A stretch of DNA of 64,000 nt from assembly GCF_003918875.1 (NCBI RefSeq), contig NW_025767168.1, positions 2,976,001 to 3,040,000 on the forward strand, written 5' to 3'. A model generated the notes under the pieces. The model had not been told where the DNA came from. It saw only the letters and a list, made by a program, of their open reading frames with translations, and did not search any database. Below, piece after piece: positions 1 to 12,819 of this stretch; within the stretch, counting starts at the first letter, position 1, and each line of letters starts with the position of its first letter. Made by a program: the position numbers and the translations under genes. This stretch comes from Haliotis rubra. Its lineage: Eukaryota.

Positions 1-53
1 ACAACATTTGCTAAATTAGTAAATAGTAACCCGAAAGTGTCTGATAGTAAAGG

Positions 54-210
54 GTGAGTGAGTTTTACACCGCTTTTAGCAATATTTCAGCAATATCACA
101 GCAGGGGACACCAGAAATGGGCTTCACACATTGTACCAACGTGGGGAATCGAACCCAGGTCTTCAGTGTGATGAGCGGATGCTTTAACCACTAGACTACC
201 CCACCCACCC
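54..210 (-). mobile_element. tRNA-derived SINE, family A
   Basis: A-box/B-box head (tagtggttaaagc..gggttcgattccc), body tgtgaagcccatttctggtgtcccc, tail gctggaatattgctaaaagcggcgtaaaac(actc)n. Confidence 0.85.
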
Positions 211-278
211 TGGAGTGACATGGTTCCTGCTTGAGTTAATGTAGAAATGCTGTGACGAAGTGAACAGATTTTTCAACA

Positions 279-397
279 GGGCCCTTATTCTCGAAACGTT
301 CGTAGCCCTAAGAATTCTTACCTTTGATCGTAGCCAATGTGTTAAGAATGGGCTTAAGAAGTTCGTAGGGCTACGAACGTTTCGAGAATAGCTAGCT
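279..397. mobile_element. Short hairpin MITE (Harbinger-like GGGCC end)
   Basis: About 35-bp inverted repeat tattctcgaaacgttcgtagcccta.. / ..tagggctacgaacgtttcgagaata. Confidence 0.65.
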
Positions 398-855
398 AGA
401 CCTAAAGTACTAACACTCACTGATCTCTAAAGTGGTTTCACAAAAGTGAAATCAGAGGCTGATCCCCTTTGTGGGTCTACGGGGTATTCGAGACTCAGTG
501 GGGTATTCGAGACGCAACGATTCTTATATTATACGTTTAAGATAACAAGAATCAGAAATTTAACTTCAGATTGCACCCGTTACTTTATGGTCTTGAGACT
601 TGTGTCAAGAGGTATTCGTGTTTTAGGGGTGAGCACTGAAAATCAGGTACCACTGAAGCAGCGGAGGAGGGATAGGCACCCTCAATATATAGCATATGGC
701 ATTTTAGAAATAACTTCAATAAACAAGTAAACTTGTACACACGGGTGCTCTATCCCCTACTTCCGGTTCGCCATGTTATTTTCACCTGTTCCACACCTGA
801 CAATAACAAACACCTGAAATTAACCTCACAGCGTTACATAGATAGGGATACTTAC

Positions 856-1153
856 GTGGGTTCAACCAGGACCACACTGGGCGATATTCAAAAGAGAATA
901 TCCACCAGCAACCGTCGTATGTCTTGCCGAGATAGTCCTTGTAATAGCTCCACTGTTTGAAACATACTTCCCACAGGCCCATTTTGACAAACTGGCGTTC
1001 GGTGTATTTGTTATAATGCTCGATCCAGTTTGGGCTGGAGAAGCCGACCATGAAACAGACAAACGTGATGACTGTGAATATCAGCCCGAAAAGCGACACC
1101 AAGGATTTCACCCTGTGTGTCGCTGATATCTTCGCCTTCTCGTCGTCCGCCAT
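856..1153 (-). CDS. Claudin/PMP22-family tetraspan protein A, first coding exon (gene continues beyond the window start)
   Basis: Translation has TM1, then SPNW...GLWEVC...GCWW, the claudin ECL1 W-GLW-C-C signature. ATG context is caaaATGg. The exon ends at a phase-1 donor (CCA C|gtaagt, 855). An acceptor at 1317-1318 and a donor at 1506 suggest a 5'UTR intron. Confidence 0.85.
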
Positions 1154-2135
1154 TTTGTTTGACGCTTGGTAGGAATTTCAAAGCGGTGACACTATAATCA
1201 AGGTGAGGGGAAGAGTCGATCACCGGCAAAAGGGATGTCAGGTTAAAGGTGTGTAACTTTCTTCTGACCAATGGCGACGGGACAGTCCATGTGTGGTGGG
1301 GCGAGAGGATGTTCGCCTGTTGAAAACGAAAACTATTCCAATATCAAAATCGTTTATCAAATTTCACGGCTATACTTTCAAATCATGATTAAGAATACAT
1401 TGTATTTTTAATGCCGAATGTAATGGGATGCATGTCATCTATATTTTAAGAAATATACATTTCAAAAGTGAACCATACATATTATCTATATAGGTTCTTC
1501 ACTCACGTTGTAACCTAGGGTGAAATTATGTCATTGTAAAAGGTTTAATCAAATAACATTAGCAGTATCCTCATTGAACTTACTTTTCAATTTGTTTTTC
1601 AAGCAATAATATATTTTATGCATACAAAGCCATATCACCAGTATGATTCATGCTATAAACAACTTTGTATAACATCGAAGGGAAAAACAGGATACAGAAG
1701 CAGTTTTGGGATATTTTCCTGAACGTCTTAAACATCGTAACGGTGAAACGCTTAAACACATCATACTATTCTTGCAGATATGGATTAGGGGAATACTGTC
1801 TTCAACATACATGTCACAACACAGTGCACCGCTGTAAAGGATTGTAAATGCTATTTTGACTAAATGAGGTCATCCGCGATTAGCAAGGCAAATGGAATGT
1901 GTGCTAAAGTTGTTTAAGAACTACTTAAAACAACAACGATTGCAACATTTTACTGTTATTCCAATAACACTACACCAAAATATAACCGACAATTGAATAC
2001 ACACCACTTTGACGATAGAGTTATAGTATCAATGTAACCAATTAACGAGAACAAATCCTGTCATGCTGATCAGAATGTGACACCCCCCGCGCACCTGTCG
2101 CAATAGACTCGTCCAGGTGAGACACACTCACCAAG

Positions 2136-5100
2136 ATGGCGACCCAACTGCTTTTCAAACTTGGCTTTTTCTGCGCTATTACAGCGTTCCTGTTGATGTT
2201 TCTGGCTTTTGCTACACCATATTGGTACAAGTCATGGACCCGCGTCCACAGCCCGTTCTCCAATATAGGGTTATGGCATGTCTGTCTCGCGGGCTACATA
2301 CAGCCCAAGGACCCCAACATGAAGTCCTATGTTGGTTGTTGGTGGATACACTCCTCAGAGTTCCGCCTTGTTGCTAATCAAATTCAACCACGTAAGTATA
2401 CTTTCAAACGACATGTGCTTTTTCCTGTATCACTAGTCATCGAGGGTTCTATTACTAATACACAAATAGTCAATGCCAATGAAAATTTAGGAAATGTGTT
2501 TACCTGTGCAGGTAACTTCCGGTTTTGAACTTTCTGACATTATTGGAAGGTGAAATTCAGCAGACGCTGTTGATCGAAAAGACATCGAAGATATTTTGGA
2601 ATAGTAGTAGTCCGACATACAGAAATTTAATAATGTAATAGTATTACAAAGTGTCAACAGTCTTGACAGTGAAGAAGGATATTTTAGGTAATCATCGTTC
2701 CACTTATCCAAGAGTACCAAAAGTGTTTTGTGTCCTAAATTATTGATATTATCATGATTATAAGAATAGGAATGATACAAGTTTTAAGTAAACGTTTGTA
2801 AATCAGAATGGTTACTCGATGGGGCTTCCAGTACTGAAGAGTATTACACATAACTGATAAGAAGGAAAGATTTCCGCCCGTAACCCCATATTTTTTTAAT
2901 CATTCTATGCCTAAGAATATAGGCCTATGTTTTTTTATGAAAAGCCTAAACTTTAAACCTAACCCTAAACCCTAAACCTAAAACCCATCGCAATAATCCT
3001 AATCAAGTGAATACATTACAAGCGGGGGTTAGAGGTGGAACTCTTACCAATAAGAATACACTATTGATGCTCTTTTAAATCACGCTGGTGTCCCCTGCCG
3101 TGATATTGCTGGAATATTGCTAAAAGCATTGTAAAGCTAAACTCACTCACTCTTGTGAATCACTCACATTCCAATAGTAAACAGTAATTGTGTTAATTTG
3201 TGTTGTCTAATGTAACCTTTACTACTGTAACATTTTCACACATTGTTTATGAGTCAAGTACACTTTGCTACTTAAAGGAATGGCAACAAATTGTTACACT
3301 CTTATGATAGCTTTCTTATAATGCAGCATGGTTTAGAGGGATCCAAGCTCTGTCCATCTTCACGCTGCTCGCAAACCTGGTCGGGGGTATCTTGCTGCTG
3401 TTCTACTTGCCGGACATGATGTACAAGAAGTTGTATGCTGGACGTAGAGTGGCCATCCTCTTTGCTGGTAGTGTCATGGAGCTGATTGCAGGTAAATACT
3501 CCTCTTTTTCATTGTGTTCTGGTTAAATAACGACTGCTTGTCTGAGGCATCTGATTTTACTATGGGAGCCATGGGAGGCCCAGTAAGGCGCACTAGTTTG
3601 ATGTGCTGAGTTGCGTTCCTAAGGCTTCAAGAAACCTAAGAATATGGGTTCAAATCCCAGATTCAACATAGCAATGATTTTGGGTTCGACAGCAAAATAC
3701 CCATATTTATGGGTATCACCAAAGTCATCACTTCAGGCTTTTTTCCACATGGAACAGAGAAATGAATTAATACTGTTTAACCTTTTGTTAAATCGCTCAC
3801 AGGTTTCCTCCCTTCGCTGTGTCACTATCCGTAGAGCAATCATCCTCCAATTAGATGGAACTTACTGTTAGATTACAATTATGGTTGAGCCAACCACTCT
3901 GAGACATGCCAATCAGTATTGAATCGGCAAGCCATTATGTTTAATTAATGGAAATATGTTACAATTCCATCCCCAGTAATTTAGAACAGTTGGTTGTTCC
4001 ACACTATAGCATTGTTATAAGTGATGTGGTGAAGGTGAACGTGCTAGAACATGAGATATATATATATATATCAATCAGTCAATTCTTCATTTAAGTATGA
4101 AGACCACTGAGCCTAATTATTAATTAATTATACAACAATTATAACTAAATGTTTGTAATGGAAGTGTATACGGAAGCATATGCCTCACATTGCTGCGATA
4201 CTTTTGTCTAACATACTGTCGGAAATAGAAAAAAAATGTTTTTAGGCTGTTACTCTGTATCCCCAAAATTTACACAACTGCAAATAGCATATGTCGAAAT
4301 AACCCACTTCGGCCTAAATTGGCATTCAGTGGGATGCGCAGTAGGATATTCAGAAAAGCATGTTTACTCGTAAAATCGGGCAAAACTTAGAAAAAATACG
4401 AATAGCTGCTGAAAACAATAGATCAGACTATAGATGGCAATTAAGTCGCTCAGCCTGGTATGACAATGGACTGTCGACTCACCTGGTGTGAAATGCATGT
4501 GCTGCCTACAGGTGCACAAGGGGTCATCTCAAAGATATTTTGTGCTTTTTCATGTGTGTTGACTATGCCTCCTCATGTATTGATTAACATCTTACGTGTC
4601 TTTCTTTCATAAAGTTTATGTTGACATATGTAAAAGAGTTTGATACATGATAACCATAGAAATGCATCGTATTAAATGTCTCAAAATATATAGGTGGCAT
4701 GACCACCCGATCGCGAAGATCGACAGGACTCAATATTATTTGTAAATTGTTATGGCATGCCGTGTACTTCCCCAGTATAATTACACTAAGGGATTATCTT
4801 ATCTTAGCTGATATCTCTATCCCCCAGCCCGACCCCAACGGTCGTCTCCGACACCCGTCCAGGTTTTGCTTTTGAGACGAACCCTCCTATCTGTTTCTTT
4901 TCATAGTGACAGTGAGACTGCATGGTAGCTACATCCTTAATAGTTTCAGCATGAAAGTTATATTTTTACGCCAGCTATCGTTTATAATGAAGCTACGTCT
5001 AATTTCAAATTGGTCATTTAAAAAGTGTCCTTTGTAATACAATATCGTCGCACACTAATTTGCATAAAGCCATGGTCTGTTCCAAATAAATCGTTTTGGA

Positions 5101-8075
5101 CTTAGAAAAAACCGCATTGCTCATTTCTGCATTAATCTCTCCTCAGTAAAGTCCTTTTGTCTACGTTTCCTATGTCCCTACCACTGAGACTGTAGTTAGG
5201 CCGAACTTAGTTTAACAGATATTTCACACTTGCACATTTCAACTACATAAATTGTAGAGATAAATGAGAAAATACAGTTTTTGTCTATTTCCGACAGTAC
5301 TTTAGCTATGATGCCTCCAATAAACAGCTCAGAATCCCATATCTCCCCTTGCAGCATTCTTGGTGTTCATCATCGCCCTTGTGTTTGCGGAGATGGCTAA
5401 TGACCCCACCTGGATGCCACGGCCATGGATGAACTATCTGTCTTGGAGTTACGGTCTGTGTGTCTTGTCGGGCTTCTTCTCGGCCTTCGCTGGTATGTTC
5501 ACCTTCATCATGGGCCTCATCTTCAGGGACAAGGAGCGTGGTATCATCGGCAGCGACACTCTGGACACTCGACTGGAGCGCATGAAGCAGAAGGAGCTGG
5601 AGGTATTGCCAAGATAATTTATGTTCCACTAATTCATAGTTTGGTGACTATGGTGGTGACTTGAAGGGTTCTCGAGAACAATTTGCCTCCAGTATTATGC
5701 TCTTCTTGTTTGGTACAGTAATTGAATAGAGTGATCAGCTGTATGACTTGATTGGTCATATGACTTGATTGGTTGTATGACTTGATTGGTGGCATGACTT
5801 GATTGGTTGTATGACTTGATTGGTTGTATGACTTGCGCATGACTTGATTGGTTGCATGTCATCCTTACTCAGTTCTGTGGGACATCACTGTCAATATTGA
5901 AAACTGTTTTGTCTGAGCCAGACATGATTATTTACAGGCTGTTATTGCATGGCTTGAGTACTGCTGGCTGCAGTGAACAAACAAACCAGGGACTTACGAT
6001 ATCTGGAAGAGGTTCGTCACATTGCAGTGTCAGTCCCTCAGTCGTGCATGGTCCACTGGCGGGAGGTTGAATTCTGCCGAAATATTGCCATTGTCACTTC
6101 CTCAGTTCAGCTGAATATAAGATTCAGCCTCACATAATCCTAATGTTTGTGTAGGGGCTTTTGTCAGAGGTTTTAAAGGAAATCTGTTATTTCGACCCTT
6201 CATTCAAAATGGTTATGACAAGAGCATGATTAAAATGATATCACAAGTATAAATACTATACAGCAAGATGGTATATACACTGACTCTTATCTTGTCTTCA
6301 TATGTGAAATACTTTAATTTCATTGGTCAATGGGGCTTTAACAAGTCTCCGTGTCACCCCTCCCAGGAGGGTGACAACTGGAAAAATATTATCCGCTGCC
6401 ACGGTAACCGCCAAACTCTTTGTCGAGAAGCTGTATTGCTAACAATTGTATGACATCATAAAATGACGCATGCAGTGTCCGGAGTTTGAAAACCGTTCGA
6501 TTAGCTGCTTTATTTAAACTATTTTATACATTACGTCGTTTGCACACTCAACTTAAACATTATTAACCATTTTTATAGCAGTGTTAAGCTTGTCAGAATA
6601 TGTCTCACCGATTTAAAAAACCCAGTCGAGAGGCAGAAGCCATTTTGTTTACATGTCATATAGTCGGTAGCGATATTTAAAATAAATAAAATGATATTTT
6701 ACACATTTAACATGCGGTAAGATAAATACGTTGTATGCTTCTCCCTCGGGTAATACGGTCTGATGTACACCCTTTGTAGCAGTGTCATCCCTTGCCTACC
6801 GGCTCGGGTGACACTGCTACAAAGAGGCGTACATCAGACCATATTACCCTCGAGAGAAGCATACAACTTATAATCAACAGACATTAAAATTCTGTCATTG
6901 ATAAAACCTGTAATTCTTGCAAACCTCTACCTTTATTACATGTTTTAGTAAACTATTTTCTAAATATAATCAAGAACTTCACTGAAGAAAATAAACATTG
7001 TGCTCTTTTAATTGACATTTGAATGATTTTTTGTTACTTGATTATTGAATGTATTAATGAGGGATTTATATTTTGTCTTCAGACCTTTTCTTAATACCCT
7101 CTTTCTCTTCAGGCTCAGAATCGAACTATGAATGGTCCTCCTCCATCATATAGTGGCGCCGAGCCTGTGGGTCAAGGTTACCGTGACCCAAGTATGGGCT
7201 ACCCATCAAGTGGTTATCCATCAACTGGATATCCATCAATGGGTTACCGTGACCAAAGTGTTATGGGTCCACCGAGTGTTGGCGGTTACCGTGATCACAG
7301 TGTTGGGGGTCCGCCGAGTGTTGGCGGTTACCGTGACCAACAGAAAGAATATGACAGCGGTTCCATGGCCAGTAGTTATCGTGATGAGAAACCCAGACCC
7401 TACCCTGAAGGTGAGACATTGAGGCAGCAAGTAATTATGTTGACGACCCTGCCAGGTTCCCATATTGAAAGGGTTGTGTAAACCAAGGTGGTTGTTAGTG
7501 GGGACAAGATGGATTAGATGAACAGGCTTGGTGGCGCTGTTGATAGCGTGTCATTGTACTCTGAACTTGTGGACCATTGCTACTATTACCTTTGCGTTCT
7601 TGTTTCCATTACCTTTCTAGAACTGGTCATCAGCAACCCAATTGCGAAGATCGATGCTCATGCTGTTGATCACTGGATTGTCTGATCCAGACTCGATTAT
7701 TTTCAGACCGCTACCATATAGCTGTAATATTGCTGAGTGCGGCTTATAACTAAACTCACTCACCATTTGACATCATGGCACGACCCAGTATTCTTGTTGT
7801 TGACAACACAGACAAAGATACAAGGTGCGTTAGACTTACAGAGTTAAGGTAACTGATGAAAGGTGGTTTTGGGAGCAGGCAGGTAGATGCTTGACATTGT
7901 TGTTTGACTGATGACCATTGTGTCTTCAGTTCACCAGAGAATGGCCCATGGTCAGCCGAGAGGGGCCCACTATCGTCATGGACCACCCAAGATCGACCAA
8001 GGCTACCAGGGCCGGACAGGAAGTGATAGCAGTAATATGGGTAGCCGTGGAAAAGTGGACGAATCCGTTGTGTAG
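2136..8075 (+). CDS. Claudin/PMP22-family tetraspan protein B, 5 coding exons, 370 aa
   Basis: Exons 2136-2391, 3327-3491, 5355-5602, 7113-7410 and 7930-8075, all GT-AG and phase-compatible (1113 nt). Motifs: TPYW..GLWHVC..GCWW; PWFRGIQAL; NYLSWSYGL; four hydrophobic segments; a G/P/Y-rich tail ending ESVV-stop. Confidence 0.88.
2864..3048. mobile_element. MITE with a 24-bp TIR, 8-bp TSD and internal (CCTAAA)n
   Basis: Left end ggaaagatttccgcccgtaacccc versus reverse complement of the right end ggtaagagttccacctctaacccc; flanks gataagaa / aataagaa. Confidence 0.6.
4208..5305. mobile_element. 1.1-kb non-autonomous TIR element; its right ~420 bp recurs at 39085-39509
   Basis: TIR ctaa(c/a)(a/g)tactgtcggaaatag at both ends; 4884-5305 aligns directly with 39085-39509. 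Confidence 0.7.
5741..5855. repeat. 17-bp minisatellite (atgacttgattggttgt), about 6-7 units
   Basis: Directly visible. Confidence 0.85.
6730..6868. repeat. Long imperfect palindrome (~60-bp stem, ~15-nt loop), probably the end of a Crypton-like MITE
   Basis: gttgtatgcttctc..gtagcagtgtca / tgacactgctac..gagaagcatacaac. Confidence 0.75.
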
Positions 8076-8287
8076 AGGATCAAACCTCTGGTGCTGGAAC
8101 TGGTAAGCAAGAAAACCTGATCATTGTAGACGCTTTCAGAAACTATCACAAACTCAAATCAGTGTTAGAAATACATTTGTGGGTACAATGTTCCATCTCC
8201 TCTTCGACATAATCATTGATACAGGCACAGGTATGAGTAAATGTATTTCAGACATGAAACTATATGAATTTTGTTTCATCATATTGA

Positions 8288-8420
8288 GGGGGCGGTGGGT
8301 TAGCCTAATGGTTAAAGCATCCGTGCACAGCAAGACCCAGGTTGTATTCCCCCGTGGTTTCAATGTATAATGCCCATTTCTCCTGCTGTTATTTTGCTGG
8401 AAATAGAGTAGTCACTCTTC
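8288..8420 (+). mobile_element. SINE family A, degenerate
   Basis: Head gggggcggtgggttagcctaatggttaaagc with a partial body. Confidence 0.7.
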
Positions 8421-11309
8421 ATATTGAAAATGTTTTTGTTTTTGTGCTTTCAGTTTCCTGTAACAAGTCCATGATATCTGCAAGAGGCTGCAAGTATGAG
8501 GACAGGTTGCCATTGTAAATAGCTCATCATTACACACACAGAAACCAACATGATTCATAGACACGATCAATTTCAATTTAATGCTCTATCACAATTTAGC
8601 AAGTCCCATGTATATGATGTAAACAATATTTCTCATTGATACTTTTAAGTTGTGACTACATACTGCTTTTAGTAAAATAAATGTACAAAATGTAAAAATC
8701 AAATATGTGTTATGGCAGATTTTATCCATAGTTTCATCTTTAGCCATGATCTTTGTGCTGAACTTACAAGAAAGAAAATGTTTCTTGTGAAGATACATGT
8801 CAGGCATTCTTGCCCCTTCAATCCTGCTGTGAATCTCTTAACTGATGTGAAAATATTTAATAAGTTCCTTGTGTCTTACCAGAAATCCCAATGTGAATTA
8901 ATCTTTTGAGACTGATTCAGATTTATTTGACTGCCAGGGCTCCAGATAGGTTTTTGACCCATTGTGTTACAAGTCAATCGCATGTCACATAACCACCTAA
9001 TGTTGATGTATGTGAGAGTTAAAATAAGCGATATGTTGCACATTGGAATTATTCACTGCAGTTCACGTACATGCATACAATGTGTGAGGCCCATTTCTGG
9101 TGTCCCTGCCCTGATATTGCTGGAATATTGCTAAATGTCATCATTGATCAATACTTGACAGTGCTGTCAACTAGTAAAACTAGTAAAATAAACCTAATTT
9201 ACTCTTGGCTGTTAAAATGCTAAAATGAAAAGATTGCAACAAAATGTAAAAATCATAGTAACATCCATATCCATTGTAAATACCACTACTTTTTAATCAT
9301 TGTGTAAATTGGCTACATTTTCCTTTTAAGACTCTACCTATGTAATATGTTTTTGTACAACATGAATATTTCTTTATATGACTGTATATTTTTGCATAAT
9401 AAAATTTGCAAAGATTAGTCACTCTGTGTTTTAATTATTCGTTTTTAAGACGGAGAAAGGGTGTGTGGGTAGCCCAATAGATAAAGCATTTGCTTGTCTC
9501 TCTGGAGGCCTGGGTTCAATTCCCAACATGGGTACAGTGAATGAAGTCCCTGCCATAATATTGCTGGAGGAAAGCAGTGTAAAACCGTACTCACTCTTCA
9601 GACTGGACTTTAAATGGTTCTTGGCCGACATTCACAGAGATAGCCCATAGGATTATATTAAATGTTGCGCCAATTGGTGCTCTAGCATTGAAAAAAAGAG
9701 CCATTGCATGTTTTAGTGTGAATGGCGCAATGGCGCTTGCCTGGCTGAAGCACTGCACATCCTAAGTGATATTTACACGTTACAGTTTATATATATAATT
9801 TCTCTTTTATTTTGTATATGATATGTAGTTGCATTGGAATCAACTGCAACAATATATGTATGAACTCACCGTAATGGCTTAAAGATAACAATGACAATAT
9901 TTCATGAAAATCATGGTTTATTGAAGAATCAGTTTGAATTGAATAAAATATACATCCATCTTATGTCTTCAAAAATGTGATTTCTCTCACAAAATTATAC
10001 ATTCTGGTCCCTTAGCTATGCAAACATATCACAATTGTACGATATTTGCATTCATAAATTGCTTCACTAATTGACTGATGATGTGTCATGCTTGTCAGTA
10101 CTGAATCTCCCACTCCCAGCCCACTATTTTCCCATCCCTCACTGGGGGAATGGGGGCTAAAAATGGTCCAAAAGAACTGACGGTAGTTGACTTGATGGAT
10201 TGGGTGATCAGGCACATTGACTTGGATGAGGGTTGTCATTGAAGAGTTACAGATAACTTTTTGGGTCATTGAGTTATGTACTCGCTTGTGTTCATCTCAA
10301 TTGGGTATCCTAATTTTCCTTCGAGTAACCAAATATATTGTACCCACCTCAAACCAACTCAATTGGGTATTTTGCTATTTTCCATAAATTTGTATAAAAA
10401 TAATAAAGTTTAAATGTTGGTTTACGTGTTTGCTATTCATATTTGATCTGTAATATGAGAAACGATAAGAAAGACTGCAAGTAGCCAGTAATTCACGTGT
10501 GAAAATAAAACATCTGAACAGAGCTCCAGATAAGCTGCGTATTTGTGTATAATACGCAATAGAACAGTTGAAATACGCAAGAAAAATAAATGCCAGCGTA
10601 TGAAAAAACACTAATTATTTACGTTTACGCTATGTCCAAAAAAAGAATGCGTATTTAACCAACACATCACAATTATGTTGGTATCGTATCAATTCAAGCC
10701 AATCGAAACAAACTTTTCCATCTCCAAATAAATATTCTTGAATAATTCTAAATGCAATAAAGATGCCCAATGCAGATAGAATACCAGTCATGGTTTGTTA
10801 ACCCTCCACTGGTTGGCCAATCTATAAATAGCGACTAATCAAATAGCTGTTTCCTGCGTACATGTCCTGTAAACAAAGCAAGCATGGTCGAAGCTTCCAC
10901 ACGCTCAAAGTAAAATATCTAGGGTTTTTACGCTACATACAGAAAACAACTTCATTAGAGGACTGCTAGATGAATAAATATTATGCTGTGTTTCTCAATC
11001 AGAATCAATTCCCCGATGATATCTTAAATGAACTTGTAACATTAGCTGTTCGCGATGTGGAAGTGACACCGGATTGATGCTCACAACATCAACCACCTGA
11101 TTGTCTGACATAGACTTGAATACACTAACATACAGCTGGAATAATGTGTGCAGCACTAACCAACAACATCAACCACCTGACTGTCTGACATAGACTTGAA
11201 TACACTAACATATAGCTGGAATAATGTGTGCAGCACTAACCCACAAACACAGTACAGCCATGTATGTACACACTGCACCTTATCAACATGTCAGGTTCAG
11301 CCATTACAT

Positions 11310-11476
11310 GGGGTGGCCTAGTGGTTAAAGCGTTTGCTCGTCATGCAGAAAACCTGGGTTTGATTCCCCACATGGGTACGATTTGTGAAGCCCATTACTG
11401 GTGTCCCTTGCCGTGATATTGCTGGAATATTGTTAAGAGCGGCGTAAAACCGAACTCACTCACTCACTCACTCACT
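11310..11476 (+). mobile_element. SINE family A with a 30-bp flanking direct repeat
   Basis: Full body and (actc)n tail; direct repeats at 11280-11309 and 11477-11506. Confidence 0.9.
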
Positions 11477-11956
11477 TTATCAACATGTCAGCTTCAGCCA
11501 TTACATATGAAACATGGTTTGAGCACCTGTAGAATTATCTTGTAATAGAAATTCTAGAAAAATGGATTGTCACCTTGATTTCGGATTTCAAGTTGTACAA
11601 TAATGTACTTGTACACAGCCTGGGCTACAGAGGTACATATAAGTCACAATACAATCTGTTTCACAATACCCCATTTCATTAAAATCAGACCTCTATGCTT
11701 GCTACTGCTACACAAACCTTTAGGTCTGATTTTAACGAGACTGCACAGTGTCTGAACACAGATACAGTACATATAACAACATATTTGGTCAATAAAACTG
11801 CAAAATATTTATAACAAATGATAAAAGCTGGAAATGATTTTCAAGATATTTTTAAAGTCAACTTGTTATTAAACAAGTGTATCAGAATGATCACTGGCTT
11901 CGTAATGCAACATCAGGAAACAGATAGTTCCACACATGACTAGGATCTATTAACAC

Positions 11957-12358
11957 TAGTGTTGGGAATTGGTTAAAATCTCAAAATTGATGATTGGTTC
12001 ATTACCACCGATCAATCATCGAAAATAATTGGTTAGCGTCATTTATGAAATTTGTTAATGCACAAAAAAATAAGGAAAAAAAACGTAGTTATTTTGGGGT
12101 GTTTTGGGCAAAATTTTGGCTAAAGGATGACTAGTATGTGAGGAACATAAATTCCTTGGTGTCTTTAAGATGAATTCAATCATGACTTGGAACAAGCTTG
12201 TAGTGCTTATGAAATGTAATAGATAAAACCAAATATTGTTGATGAAAACAAGTGTTCCAGAATTGTTGTGTTTGTTTATGAGAAAACATGATCGATTGCT
12301 TAGTCGTTTAGTCACTGCGACCAATCTTCGATTATTTCAATTAATCGGACCACCACTA
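11957..12358. mobile_element. hAT-like MITE
   Basis: Ends tagtgttggg..ccaccacta; 8-bp flanks attaacac / atttacac. Confidence 0.6.
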
Positions 12359-12819
12359 ATTTACACTATTCATGAACATAATAAAAACATAGTTCACAGA
12401 TATACATGTATTACAATTTAATCCAAGGCAATGTTAGTGTTGGGACCACCCATACACCGGATCTCAATGTATAAATCACTTGCACTGAAGGATAACATGT
12501 ACCATAACCACATACCACTATAGGTTAGATGATAACAAATATCAAAGGCACCACCCTATCAACCCCGATTTCAGAAAATTAAGAAAATATGAAACATATT
12601 CATTCCATGTAAATCAAGGAAGTTTGTCACTTTGGTCAACACAATCTCTAATACTTCTACGTGCTATATAGAGATACAGAGACAGAAATGGTTTTGCTTC
12701 ATGATCTGTAATATCATGTCTTGACATCAGCAATGAGCAATGACTTGCATGGGTATCTCTGTGACCAAAGAAGTGTAAATTGCTTCTGTGATTTGTCCCC
12801 ATTGTAATAAACCTTAAAA

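Noticed and set aside
54-210. tRNA-like A/B boxes here and in other copies
   Set aside because: They are SINE heads followed by SINE body, tail and TSD, with no complete cloverleaf, so they are not called as tRNA genes.
2944-2986. Telomere-like (CCTAA(A))n
   Set aside because: Short, degenerate and internal to a MITE; not a telomere.
5306-5664. Antisense and alternative-frame ORFs over claudin exon 3, and similar ones over the sulfatase and DIRS
   Set aside because: Shadow ORFs of real coding sequence with no independent evidence.
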